Source: Enoplolaimus lenunculus (Eukaryota). Taken from it: a stretch of 64,000 nt of DNA. The stretch is from NCBI GenBank assembly GCA_030248215.1, contig JASANG010001519.1:310001-374000 (forward strand), in the 5' to 3' direction. Below are positions 50,101 through 62,100 of the stretch, in pieces (within the stretch, counting starts at the first letter, position 1; every line of letters begins with the position of its first letter). The notes beneath the pieces are model-generated. The model made no database searches and had not been told where the DNA came from. It worked only from the letters and a program-made list of their open reading frames with translations. The position numbers and the translations under genes are program-made.

Positions 50101-53100
50101 ATCGTTTATCATACATCGCGTTTAATAGGCCATTGCTGCGATTAAAAACCAACGCCAAGTACTGAAAACTTATTCATACGAAAACAACACAGTTGCTTCT
50201 TGTTACTGCAAGCAGGGGTGCAGGCGATTTAATAGGAGGTTTGTGAATCAAGTAAAATGTTTATCTAAATTTTAATTCTAAGCTTAAGCTTGACTCTTAA
50301 GACCACATCGTCAAATTAGCGCCTATATCAATTTAGTAATAGGTTTTCAAACAAGCGAACTAAAGCAGCTTCAAATGTCAAACTCGGCTCACAACTTGAA
50401 CCAGCCAAATTCAGAAACTCAAAATAAATTGAATCAACTCAAAATTCTGAGTTCTAATGGTCCTAACGCAGACTGAGTGATTCAACTCATTCTGAATAAA
50501 AACAACTCACTGAAATTTACAGTGTACTGGTTTGATAGTATAAACGTCAGTTATTGTTTTGCATTATTTTTTGCCTAACAGGCTCCCGTAACGCGCTCAA
50601 CATTCCAGTTGGCCAAAACAATTTTAAGAGAAGTATATTGTTCATTTCGTAAGACATTCCATGCGGGCTAAAATTTTCGAGGGGGCATTTATATATAGAG
50701 AATGAGCCCCCCCTGACCGCGTTGTAGGCACGCGCCTGAATACTAACCTCGTTTTCGATTGTTATTGATGCTATCGAATCAGATCCCAAATTAAGTTTCG
50801 CGTAAGCTGCGTACAAATAAAGTAATGGTAAACTAAATTTCGTGATTCTAATGCGTAACTTTGCTTGTAATACCAATATTTGATAATAAATCAACATGAC
50901 ACAATTAAACAAATTAGTGAAGGTCATATGTGTCTGTTACGTCGGGTCACGTTTTGTCAAATATTGGTTCGAAATCAACATAAATTTTCGTTACCATCAT
51001 ATGAAACGGACAGACAAAAGTCGAATATCACGTGATATTGCTGTTCAAAGCACGGGTACACAGGTTATCTCAACATACAAGTGTTCGAGTGTCACGTGAC
51101 ACAATCAGACATATTGGCGAATATCATATGATATTCCAAATTAACAGCATATATGCTATGATATTCAGCAAGACGGAATTGGAGCATCATATGATATTGC
51201 ATTATGTAGTTCGAGACGTAAGACAATCCGCCAAAATTTGAATATTCCCGCCAGAATTTGAATTTTCCCGCCAAAATTTGAATTTTCCCGCCAAATTTTG
51301 AATTATCGCGCCAAAATTTAAATTTACAGCAAAAATTTGAATTTTCCACAAAATTTGAATTTTCTCGCCAAAATATACTCAGGCAATGTAGGGAATATCA
51401 TATGATATTGAAAGATAAAACGTGACCAATACGTAATGTTAGCAGACAACCACTGTTTTTGGAAAATAATATTGGGTTACATCGCATACAAAATGTTACC
51501 CAATATATAGAACCAGACAAAATGTGACCCAGCTGCACCATTTATAACGTGAAACCAGCATAAGCTTACTCTTTTATAGACCCACAGAAAAACGTTCCGC
51601 CCCTGATCTTTACTTCGACCCAACATGTCTTACGTTTTTTATATTTGGACCGTTCGTTGATTTGCTTTTTAACAACAATAAATTGTGCAAACCCGAGCGC
51701 AGGCAACACTGCTTCAAATGCGATTTCTTTTCGTGCAATATTTGGCAAATAATGCAACTGTAGTGGTCGGTTAACTGCGATCTCCTAAAAGCAAAAATAA
51801 TAAATACTGTGAAATTGATATTGGTGCTGACAGGAGTAGACCGAAATGTTCCCACTCTGGCATACACAACCAACACGAACTAAAATCAAAACTTTGTATT
51901 AAAATTTAGTACTAAAATTGCGTTTGGTTTCTCGCTCGATTCAGCTAAACTTTGTATTAAAATTTAGTACTAAAATTGCGTTTGGTTTCTCGCTCGATTC
52001 AGCTCTGAGCTTATTTCGTTATTGTATATCATGTGACCCGCTGTCAAAAAAATTTGTGGATCCGCTACCGCCACTGGACGGCGCATCGCCATTCAACAGC
52101 TGACTCAAAATTGCTGAACTTACCGTTCGGGTTTAACAATGAAAATGTCTATGTTGTTGATGTTTTTTCAGGAAAATGTTTATAGAAATTTGTGAAAACT
52201 TAAAGCTGTATCTAAACGAAGAATGTTTTTTAATGTTTTTGGAACAATAACACGACAGAATGATAGCATGCTGGGTTTTCGAATGTCATTTCCTCACCGT
52301 ACCTCATTTGTATTTTGTTTTGAAACTGGTTTCTTGTGTGGTTTTTCACATATTTGCTACTGAATAATATCCTTGCTAGCAGTGTAGAATAATGTGTAAT
52401 TTTCAAGTAGTTTTGTCATGTTATGATAATATGTTGTTGCCCTCATTGATACAAATAATTGCCCTCGTTGATTTACATAATGTGTTTTTTCTTTTTAATA
52501 ATCCCCGGGGTGTTCGGTAAACGAGCGCTTCGGACTTAAACTTAAACATAAATGATTAATAGACTACGGCAGTTCCATGTATGGACTCAAATAAATAACG
52601 TATATAATAAATTATCAAGCAGATGCTAAAAATTTATGTTAAACCAAGAAATTATTTAACAAGAAATGATTTAATTACTTTAGCTCTTTGAAGCTTGAAA
52701 TAACTTGATTTAAGCTTAAGCTAATTCAGGAGCATCACACTAACTTTTTCAATTAACTGTACTTCAGCTAAACTTACGAATTTTTAGATACACATAATTT
52801 CTGTTAAACGTAAAAATAAACTAAAATTACAATTCTAGTTCAGTATAGACCGTCCAGCCAGTTAAGTTTTACTTAAACTAATATTCAAGTGTTTAAACTA
52901 TAATTTATGTTTAAGTTTTTAGCAAGAACAGATGTCACTTTTCGTTCAAAAATGTCAATCATTTTAAAATTTAATAATAAACAGAATTGTTTTTCAAATT
53001 TTTCTTCAAAAGCCGTATTCATCATTCGTATCTCGACATTTAGAAACCTGTTCAACATCTATACTCAGCTTAAATTTTGCCCTAATTTTTTCACTACAAA

Positions 53101-56100
53101 CAAGCTAAATCCCCTTAAGATTGTTATACTTTCTTCTACGTTTATAGATAGTCGTTGCTAATGCACTTATAAGCAAGAATCAATTCGTATTCATACCAGG
53201 GTGTAACCGGATATCCGTTTCCGTTTCCGGTAAAAATCGGTGCCCGTTCGTTTCCGTTTTCGTTACATAAATAATGAAAATTCTGCTATACGTCCAAAAG
53301 TAGTTCTAAATCACATTTATATCTGGCAATTTTTTCATCACAAATATGCTGCAATTGTTCGAAACGAAATAAAAATTACGAAATTGATTTAACCCTTTTT
53401 CACATGAATATTTTCTATTTCTGCTGAGACCTACTTTTATGCTAGGATTCGAACTCCGGTGACAGGAGTGGGAGGCGTATACCATCACCACTCAGCTATA
53501 GGAGGTTGACGCTCGAGCCCGAGGGGGCTCTCACGTCTTGTGGTGATTTAGTACTATGTATACGTCTTGCAATTGTTAAACACGGTGCGATATATATTAC
53601 ATAACGTATACACACTGCGCTAAGTTGCCTATAGGCAACTCAATGTGAGAAGGGGTTAAAATATTAAACATTTCGACGAATCCGCTGTTTTTTCGTTAAA
53701 GCATTGACTCTCACTTGAATCTCCAATTCACGCCGCATCTGTGCGTCCCATATTGCATATCCTTGTGACTGCGCAACTGGAATGTGCAGTATTTCACGCC
53801 GATTGTGTGACGTTGGATTCCAAACAGTCACTGTGAACTAAAAGAAACATTCAACTGTCACGATTTGCTGCGACAACTGTACATATTTATTGCCGATGCT
53901 GGGATGTCAAGAAAAAATATTTACGTCAATCGATCATAAACCATACCTGGTTTCAGTTGGATATCAGGTTCAAAATTGTTTTTACCTTTCACCTACACTG
54001 CAAAAAATGGTGAGTCAAATTGGACTCTTTTCGAAATAGGCTTTTTCAGACTACGCAAACTAATTCGACTCCACCAGAGTCAAATTCGACTCCACCCGAA
54101 TCGCTCAGTGAGTCCGTCAAATTTGACACTGGTGGAATCGTATTTGACTCAGTTTGTGTACAGTCCCGAAAAGCCTGTTTCGGAAAGAGTCAATTTGACT
54201 CACCATTTTTTGCAGTATATGCTTAGTGGAAAAAACTCCCTGACTAGAAAAATCGTACTGGATTATGTAAACTTTCAGAGTGACCTTAGCAATATACCTT
54301 TACTATTTTTACGGATAAACACTTAGCTTCCTTAAAGTTAACCAATACTTGACCTTATGAAAAAACACAAAGCGTAAAATTTGTACTTCATTCAGATTTC
54401 GAATATTTTTACTTCTGCTTGTATTGGCACATGGCTCATAGACCAGGGCCGGAACAGTAGTATAAACATATTCCTTAGCCTAAACCTAAGCCTAAGTTTA
54501 AGCCTAAGCTTAAGGATGAGATTATTCCTAAGCCTAAGCCTAAGCCTAAGCCTAACATATTACTAAGCCTAATCCTAATCCTAAGCCTAAGCCTAGGCAC
54601 AAACGTAAGGAAGAGCCTATTCCTAAGCCTAAACCTATAAGCATAAGCCTAAGCAAAAAAGTTAGTCTAAAGCTTACAATGTGTCTATAACAGCCCCACA
54701 GGAAAACGATCCGGCCCTGTTCGCTACGCGTGCCAATGTTTGTAATAAACTTACCGTTTTTTCAACTTGGGACACTGGACAAATGCTGACATTGAGCAGT
54801 GGGCATAACTGTTGCTCTTGAATCCTTTGAACAGGCACAAAAGTGTTATTTTCAACGTTTATTGCAGACAGTCGTTCGTAAGCGGCCGAGATTAGTTTCT
54901 GAAATATGTAATGTTTTTTTAAATTTTAAAATTTTAGATTAAAAACAAACACAGAACTTCAAAATTGTATTTAGGCGGAAACGTCAGGTTTGGTAAGGCA
55001 AAATTCATGATTGAACAGCGAAACTTCAACGCTAACATAGTAACTTTCTAAGATACAACGCTTAGGTATTTCTCAATTGAATGGTTGTTTCAAGGAATAA
55101 AATTAACAACTGAGGGACTGCAAATACTTGGAGACAAAAAGACTGGAAAACTACGAGACTGGATGGTTTAGGCTTAGGCATAGACTTATTGGCCACTGTT
55201 ACTTTAAATGGCGTAGCAGTAGATTAAGCGTATTCCAAAGCCTAAGCCTAGGCCTAAGCGTTGCAAAAATGTGTTCCTAAGCCTAAGCCTAAACCTAAGC
55301 AAAAAATGTAATCTAGAATCTAACGCTACTTTATGGACCCACCAGAAACTTGGACGCCCCTTAAAGTAACTTGGGCCGACTTAGTTTTAGCTTTCTTAGT
55401 TTACAGGATTTAATAGATAACATGGCTCAAAGTATAATTGTTGAATAGCAACTCACATTCGCGTCTTCGAGTGCGTTGTACAGCCGAAGAACGTAATCAT
55501 CAGTCGTGGTTTGTTTCGATACACCACTTAAAATAATAAATCTACCGAAAATTTTCGCCCTGGTTTTGGCCAATAAATATTGAACAGGCTCCTAACAGTA
55601 GCATAAGCGTATTCCTAAGCCTAAATATAAGCGTACGCGTAACATTGGGCTTATCCCTAACCCTATGCCTCAACCTAATCCTAAGCAAAAAATGGTCTAA
55701 AGCTTAAGCTTATTGGTCTATTGCAGTCCCGCAGAAAAAACGTTCCGCCCCTGATCTTTACATAGGCTAAAGCTTTGAATCATCAAATATAAAGTGCTGG
55801 CAATTTCGAGGTAAGCAGAGTTATCAAACGAAATGGCCAATGTTACTTTTAGGGCCGTAAGAGTAGATTAAGCGTATTCCTGAGCCTAAGCCTAGCCTAA
55901 GCGTTGCAAAAGCGTACTCAAGCCTATGCCTAAGCCTAAGCAAAAAATGTAGTCTAGAATGTAAGCCTACTGTTTTACAGACCCACCGCAACCCCGGGAC
56001 GGCCTTAAAAGTAACATGGGCCAACGGAATGATAAAGCCGGATTTAGAACTTCACGACAACCTCAGCAACTTTCAAACTTGTAAGCTAAGAAAAAATACC

Positions 56101-59100
56101 ACTGGATACTTGTTCACTCGCGCCCACAAAAAGTCCCTGACCGCACGTAATGATGCGATACTTAAATAGGGTTAGGCTTAATAGGATTACAATTTACACT
56201 ACAATTTCCGTTGATTTTCAAATTACAAGCAGCTGAGTCCAACTTTAATTGATCAAAACAAACAATTTTTGCGTTGACTTAAACGCAAAACTGCATTGTG
56301 ATGGAACAGTTGTCGTGTAGCAAATACACAGATGGTGTCGTGAAATACACAAGTACGTAAATACTGACTTAATAGTTAAAAAATAGCGTTGACAAAGTTG
56401 AAATTTCGTGTTGCTATGAAACTGCATTTCTGCAGAGGGATACGTGCCACTTACTCTATTGAATTATGAGATTGTACAAGAGATACTGCCGCTTCTAAAA
56501 TTGAATTCTAAACTGTATCATAATAGATAACAGTAGCGTCTTGGCAAATTTTAAAATTTTTTGAGCCATTGCTGTGCTCGAGCTGAGCTCTTATTCTGGC
56601 AGCACTTTGCATAAAACTCGTCATCTAGCAGCGCCCTGCGTAGAAAAGTGTATGTTTTGAAAGAATAACAAAATTTAAACTAAGCTCAAAGTTACGCCAG
56701 ATCCGATTATTTTAACACTGTAATTACTTAGCTAATAGTAAATAAATTTTGGATATAATAGAATAATGAACCAAAAATCAAACAAAACCCAGCTTACTCG
56801 ACTGCAGCATGAGACTGTGCGAGTGCCACAGCGGCTTCTGAATAAACACTTATTGCCTACACGATGACACACATAAAATGCAACGTAAAAGACCAACGCA
56901 AAACAGTATGAATTTGCGATTTTGGTTGAAAATACCTTCATTTGTAATATTTGAATTCTACACTGCAAAAAATGACGAGTCAAATTGATTCTATCTGAAA
57001 TAGGCTTTTCCGGACTACACAAAGTGATCAAATTCAACTCCGCCCCAGTCAAATTTGACTCACCCAAGTCGCTCAGTGAGTCGAATTTGACTCAGTTTGT
57101 GTAGACCCGTAAAATCTATTTCAGAGAGAGTCAATTTAACTCACCTTTTTTGCAGTGTATGAATTTTAAGTTATTGACTAAGAGACAAACGCACAACTCA
57201 AATAATGCCCCCAAATAAACATATAAAACAAATTTATTCATCGCGTTTTTCAAGCAAACCAACTGCTGAAACTCGCTCAGATCAGTTAATTGTTTTATTA
57301 ATTTTGCGTATTTACTAACTTATCTTCTTATTATTTTCTAAGCACGGGCCCGTAGCCAAGGGAGGACCAGGGGACTCCGCTCCCCTGCGACAAATTTTGG
57401 CCTCATAAAAATTTTTAAACCTTGCTTGTAAGTCACTGAAAACACTTGTATAGCCTCCTGAGAAATGAGCTGGCTACGGGCTTGTCTGAGTATGGTCCAA
57501 AGCTTCGTGTACTTTTCCACACTGCAAACATTTTAATAGATCAATTCAGTAGTTCATCCCACCTCGGGCCCATGTAAAGATCAGGGGCGGAACGCTTTTC
57601 TGCGGGACCGCAATAGAGTAAGCTTATTTAGACTATTTTTTGATTGGGTTTGGTTTAGGTTAGGCTTAGGCTTAGGAACATGCTCATTCTTACGCTTAGG
57701 CTTAAGCTTAGGCTTAGGTTTAGGAATATGCTTGTAATACTGTTCCGCCCCTGTTCTTTGCATTAGCTTTTTGCATAATTTTTACAGTCGGATAAAATCA
57801 TTTTCAGACGAAAAAATTTGAACACAAAGGCAACTGCTACTTTCTCGTAACCATGTACGGGTTAATTTGAAGTAAACACAGTTTGTATACATCGAATAAA
57901 CGAAAACTTACTAAATTTCCACAGCGATTCTTTATGTTGATCTTCACACAAATTCGCAGCAGCAGCCATTTGTTTCACTGCCTGTAAACAAAAATAAATA
58001 TTCAATGGCCGTATTCTCAAATGTGTGTAGCACCTGCCATTAGTTGGCGATCGGTGTTGTAACTTTTGAACCAGTAAATGTTAAGATTTGAAATTTAGTT
58101 TCGGTGTCAATGTTGACATCCGACATTGTCGAATTTCGTCACTTTGAAAACGTATCGCTAACTTGTGATAGGTGCTATACACATTTGAGAATATGTCACA
58201 CTCGACGTATGATCGATTCAATTTACTTGTAATACTAGCATACACATAGCATTTACGAAAAGTTTATGTATTAATTGGGATACAATAGGTGTTATATATC
58301 CTCCAAATAGCTATCAAGCCTCTAATGTAAATCCGTTTGCATTCCAGTAGCTGTCCGAGTTGTGATGAGCAATACTTTGCATTTGGGACGTCCTAGTTGC
58401 CAACTGCGACAAATAATTGTTTTGAACACGATATATGTAAGCAGTATCGAAAAGCCTACCTGCAATACGTTATTGCTATATCGCGTAATCCATTTTAAGG
58501 TCGGCCGACTTGTATAGAATCCGGTCCAGTATTCATGCGCCAAAGTGGCGTACGGAAAGAAATCGTCAGTTTTGGTTGGCCATTCCATATTTGCGTCATT
58601 CAGTGCTTTAACATAGCAACTTGGTGTTGAATAAAACGCGTTCACTTTTCGACCGGATCTTGATGCCTGTAATAGTTTCAAGATCCACAACCCGATACGG
58701 GGCCACGGGGAACTCAGGGCTCGTTGAGAAAAATTACGATATCCCGTGGAAAAGGTTTAGCCAAACTTGTAAGTTGTTGTTTGAACCGTGTGCCGGTTTC
58801 AAAATCGGTTTGGTACCGCCTGGTGACAGGATGTAGCTGTCGGCAAACCTGAAAGTGCTACGGGTAAAACGTTTCACGAGTGCACTTGTATTTCTATTTC
58901 AAAGAGTGGTATTTTCAAATGTATGTAGCACTTATCACCAGTTAAACAATAGGTTTTAAATTCTGCCAAACAAGTACACCTTGACTTAAGAATTTGTTGT
59001 GATCATTTCAAACGGTAACTGGTTATTTGCCAGTTGATCTGTTGCTTCAAACGCGACTGATAATTGGAAATAGCGACAACTACAAATTTGAGTATGGTCG

Positions 59101-62100
59101 ATAAATCACTACCACCACCACAAAGTTTTTCATTAATTACTAAGGCTTAGGCCTAGGCTTAGGAATATGCTTACACTACTGTCCCGGCTTTGTTCTATAC
59201 ATGCACCAAGGAGTCGAGTTTGACTCAGAGTTAGTCGCCCGTTTGACTCTGGGGGAGTCGAATTTAACTGAGTTTGTATATTAATCCCGTAGAGCCTATT
59301 TCAGAGACAGTCAGTTTGACTCACAATTTTTCGAAGTGTACTATTCATAGGGCCCAGGTTAGCCAGGCTACATCTCGAGGACAGTTCACCCTTGGACGCT
59401 TCACTCGGATCGACTCAACTAATGTTTATTTTAGACTCATTTCTTAAAAAAATTAGACAAAATTTCGCTTTTCTGAATACCTTCAGACGCTCTAAAAACG
59501 ACGAATCTGTAGAAATACCGTAATGGTTTCAAAATAAGCTAATTAATAGGCTATTTTATATTATGAACAGGACACCTTTGCAAATTTGATGCGGGGTCGC
59601 TGGCGAATTGCAACATAACTGGCGGATCAAAGACGGGTCAATTAGGCCAAGGCACTACCAAACAGAGATCAAATCTAATTTTTTTATCAACCCTTTCTCT
59701 CATATTTATTTTTTTTCTCCCCCCTCTCCTTTTTTTATTTATCCAACTCCTAGGACCTTCCATCCCCCTTACACTAACGCTCTTCCCCTCCACCCCGACC
59801 TCTCCCTTTGTTTTTTACATTTTACTGTTTACACTTTATACCATACATTTATCCATTTTTACTCTTATCCACCTCTAGCCCCTACTACACACTTATTTTT
59901 CCCCTTACCTTTCCACTTTTCCACCCTTTTTCCCCCTATATTTCTCCCATATTTTCTCTTTTTAATTTTATTCCCCTGCTTGTTCTAAGATGGGTTTGGC
60001 CTCCGTTTATTAATCGCCTACTTGTACGTGTTGCAAAAGTAGGGTTGTTTAGATTAGGTATATTTTTGGTGTGATTTTACCTTATTCAACGACTTTTCGC
60101 ACGCCAGTATTCCCAGTATATATCTCGCATAGTCTCACGTTTAGAAATTTCTCCATTCGCCGCTGCATAGCGGATCTGATGTGGCTATCAAATTTTAAAT
60201 TTTAACTTAAATCAAATATTCAGCGCTGTTGATAAAATAATTGAAACCAACTTTACCCGTTCGTTTATGTGTCGTATTAATTTGTCCATATTTTTAAAGT
60301 TGTGATTTGCGTTCTCGTAATGAAAATCACTTCCCATAGTAAGCAGTACATGCTTGGTACGATAATGCGATGCCTAAAGTGTATCAAACGCTGGTTAAAT
60401 GTTAAAATTTGCCATTTTTAAGCTTTTTCAATAGCTCGAATCGATCTAAAAGGTATGCAAATATTCACACTGAAATACCAATGTTGTCCTATGGTTAAAT
60501 TCAGTGGTTGTAGCCTTGATATAATTTCAGGAGAATAGAAGACCATGTTGAAGTTTTTTTGCTAGTGCACCTAACAATCAATAAAATATTTTAACCTGTA
60601 AGATCTAGAAAGCTGTTTTATATCTTGTTCAAATAGCTCATTGTTGCTTCGTGTGAAATTTAGATAATGACTGGATTTCCGAAACCCTACTTAAGTTCGA
60701 CTTACTACTTAAGTACGGGCTAAGTAATTATTCAGCCATTTTGTTGTTTTTCAAAGCGTACTTAAGTTAACTAAATACTTAAATCGCTGACTTAATTTGA
60801 TATACTACAAATTAACCGCTCAGGCATACCAACCTTTGTATAATTGAAATTGTAGACTTATGATGCTTTCTTAATATAAAACAAAACTTTTAGTTTCTTG
60901 TTATGACAATGACCGTACACTGTAAAGTTCAGTGAGTTGATTTTAACTCAGAATGAGTTGAATCACTCAGACTGAGTTAGGACAATCAGAACTCAGAGTT
61001 TTGAGTTGATTCAATTCACTCTGAGTTAATTAATCAACTCAGCCAGAGTCAACTCAACTCAGAGTGATAATCAACACAACTCAGAGTGAGTTTAAGTTTA
61101 CTGTTATTAACTCAGAAATAACCAACTCGCTAGTTGAATTGATTAATCAACTCATTGGAATTTACAGTGTAGCGCTAAGTAACATTTCAGATACCCAGCC
61201 ATTATCTTCCTTCTATCGTTCCGCTTGTACACGCTTTTGGTTAAACTAAAGAAGCGTTGCTGTTCAAAACGAAATATTTACCAATTTTTGCACAAAATAC
61301 CGCCCCCCCCCCCAATTTTGGAATTAACTTACCTGAAATATAGAGTAATTCACAAATTGAGCGGCTTTAACTTCAACATTGTAACCTTGGAGACGCGGAT
61401 CATCCTGCAAACGTTAAAATACAACTAATAGTCCAGTACCGAATAACTGGAGGTACCCTCTGGAGAGACCTAACAAATTTCAGTCCCCCTTCTTATTCGG
61501 GTCACTACAGTATCTGGGTTTCTTATGACCTCCCCTGATCATTCCACGCCCAAATCTGAATTTTTTAAAAATTCGATTTTTTATCTTTACGGCCAATGTT
61601 ACTTTAAGGGGCGTAACAGTAGATTAAGCGTATTCGTACGCCTAAGCCTAAGCCTAAGCGTTGCAAAAATGAGTTCCTAAGCCTAAACCTAAGCAAAAAA
61701 TGTAATCTAGAATCTAAACCTACTCTTTTATAGACCCACCAGAAACCTGGACGCCCCTTAAAGTAACATGGACCACCTTGGCCCCTTAAAGTAACATGGG
61801 TTATCTTTACGATAACCTCTTGTTGTTCGATTGCGAAGTTGTTCATTTTCAGGTGGAGTTGACTTTTTTCAGCATTTCAATATATGATAAGATATTTGCC
61901 ATAGCAACATTATTATTATTATTATTATTCTCAGTTTTAATTGTATGTCAAAAACTCGTGTCTATTAATAAAACTCGTTTAATAATCACACCATTATTGG
62001 GTCATCTTGGCAAAACTGGTCGAAACAAAATCCATCTGGAGGTCCGTAGCTTCCTGTGTAAAACACACCGGTGAAAATTGTAGTGTCCGCACCTAGAAAA

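Noticed and set aside
53430..53506. Functional tRNA-Gly gene
   Set aside because: Stems are imperfect and the sequence lies inside a TTAA/TIR element; treated as tRNA-derived.
59608..60074. Hydrophobic Phe/Pro-rich ORFs
   Set aside because: Pyrimidine-rich low-complexity sequence in a mannosidase intron, on the opposite strand.
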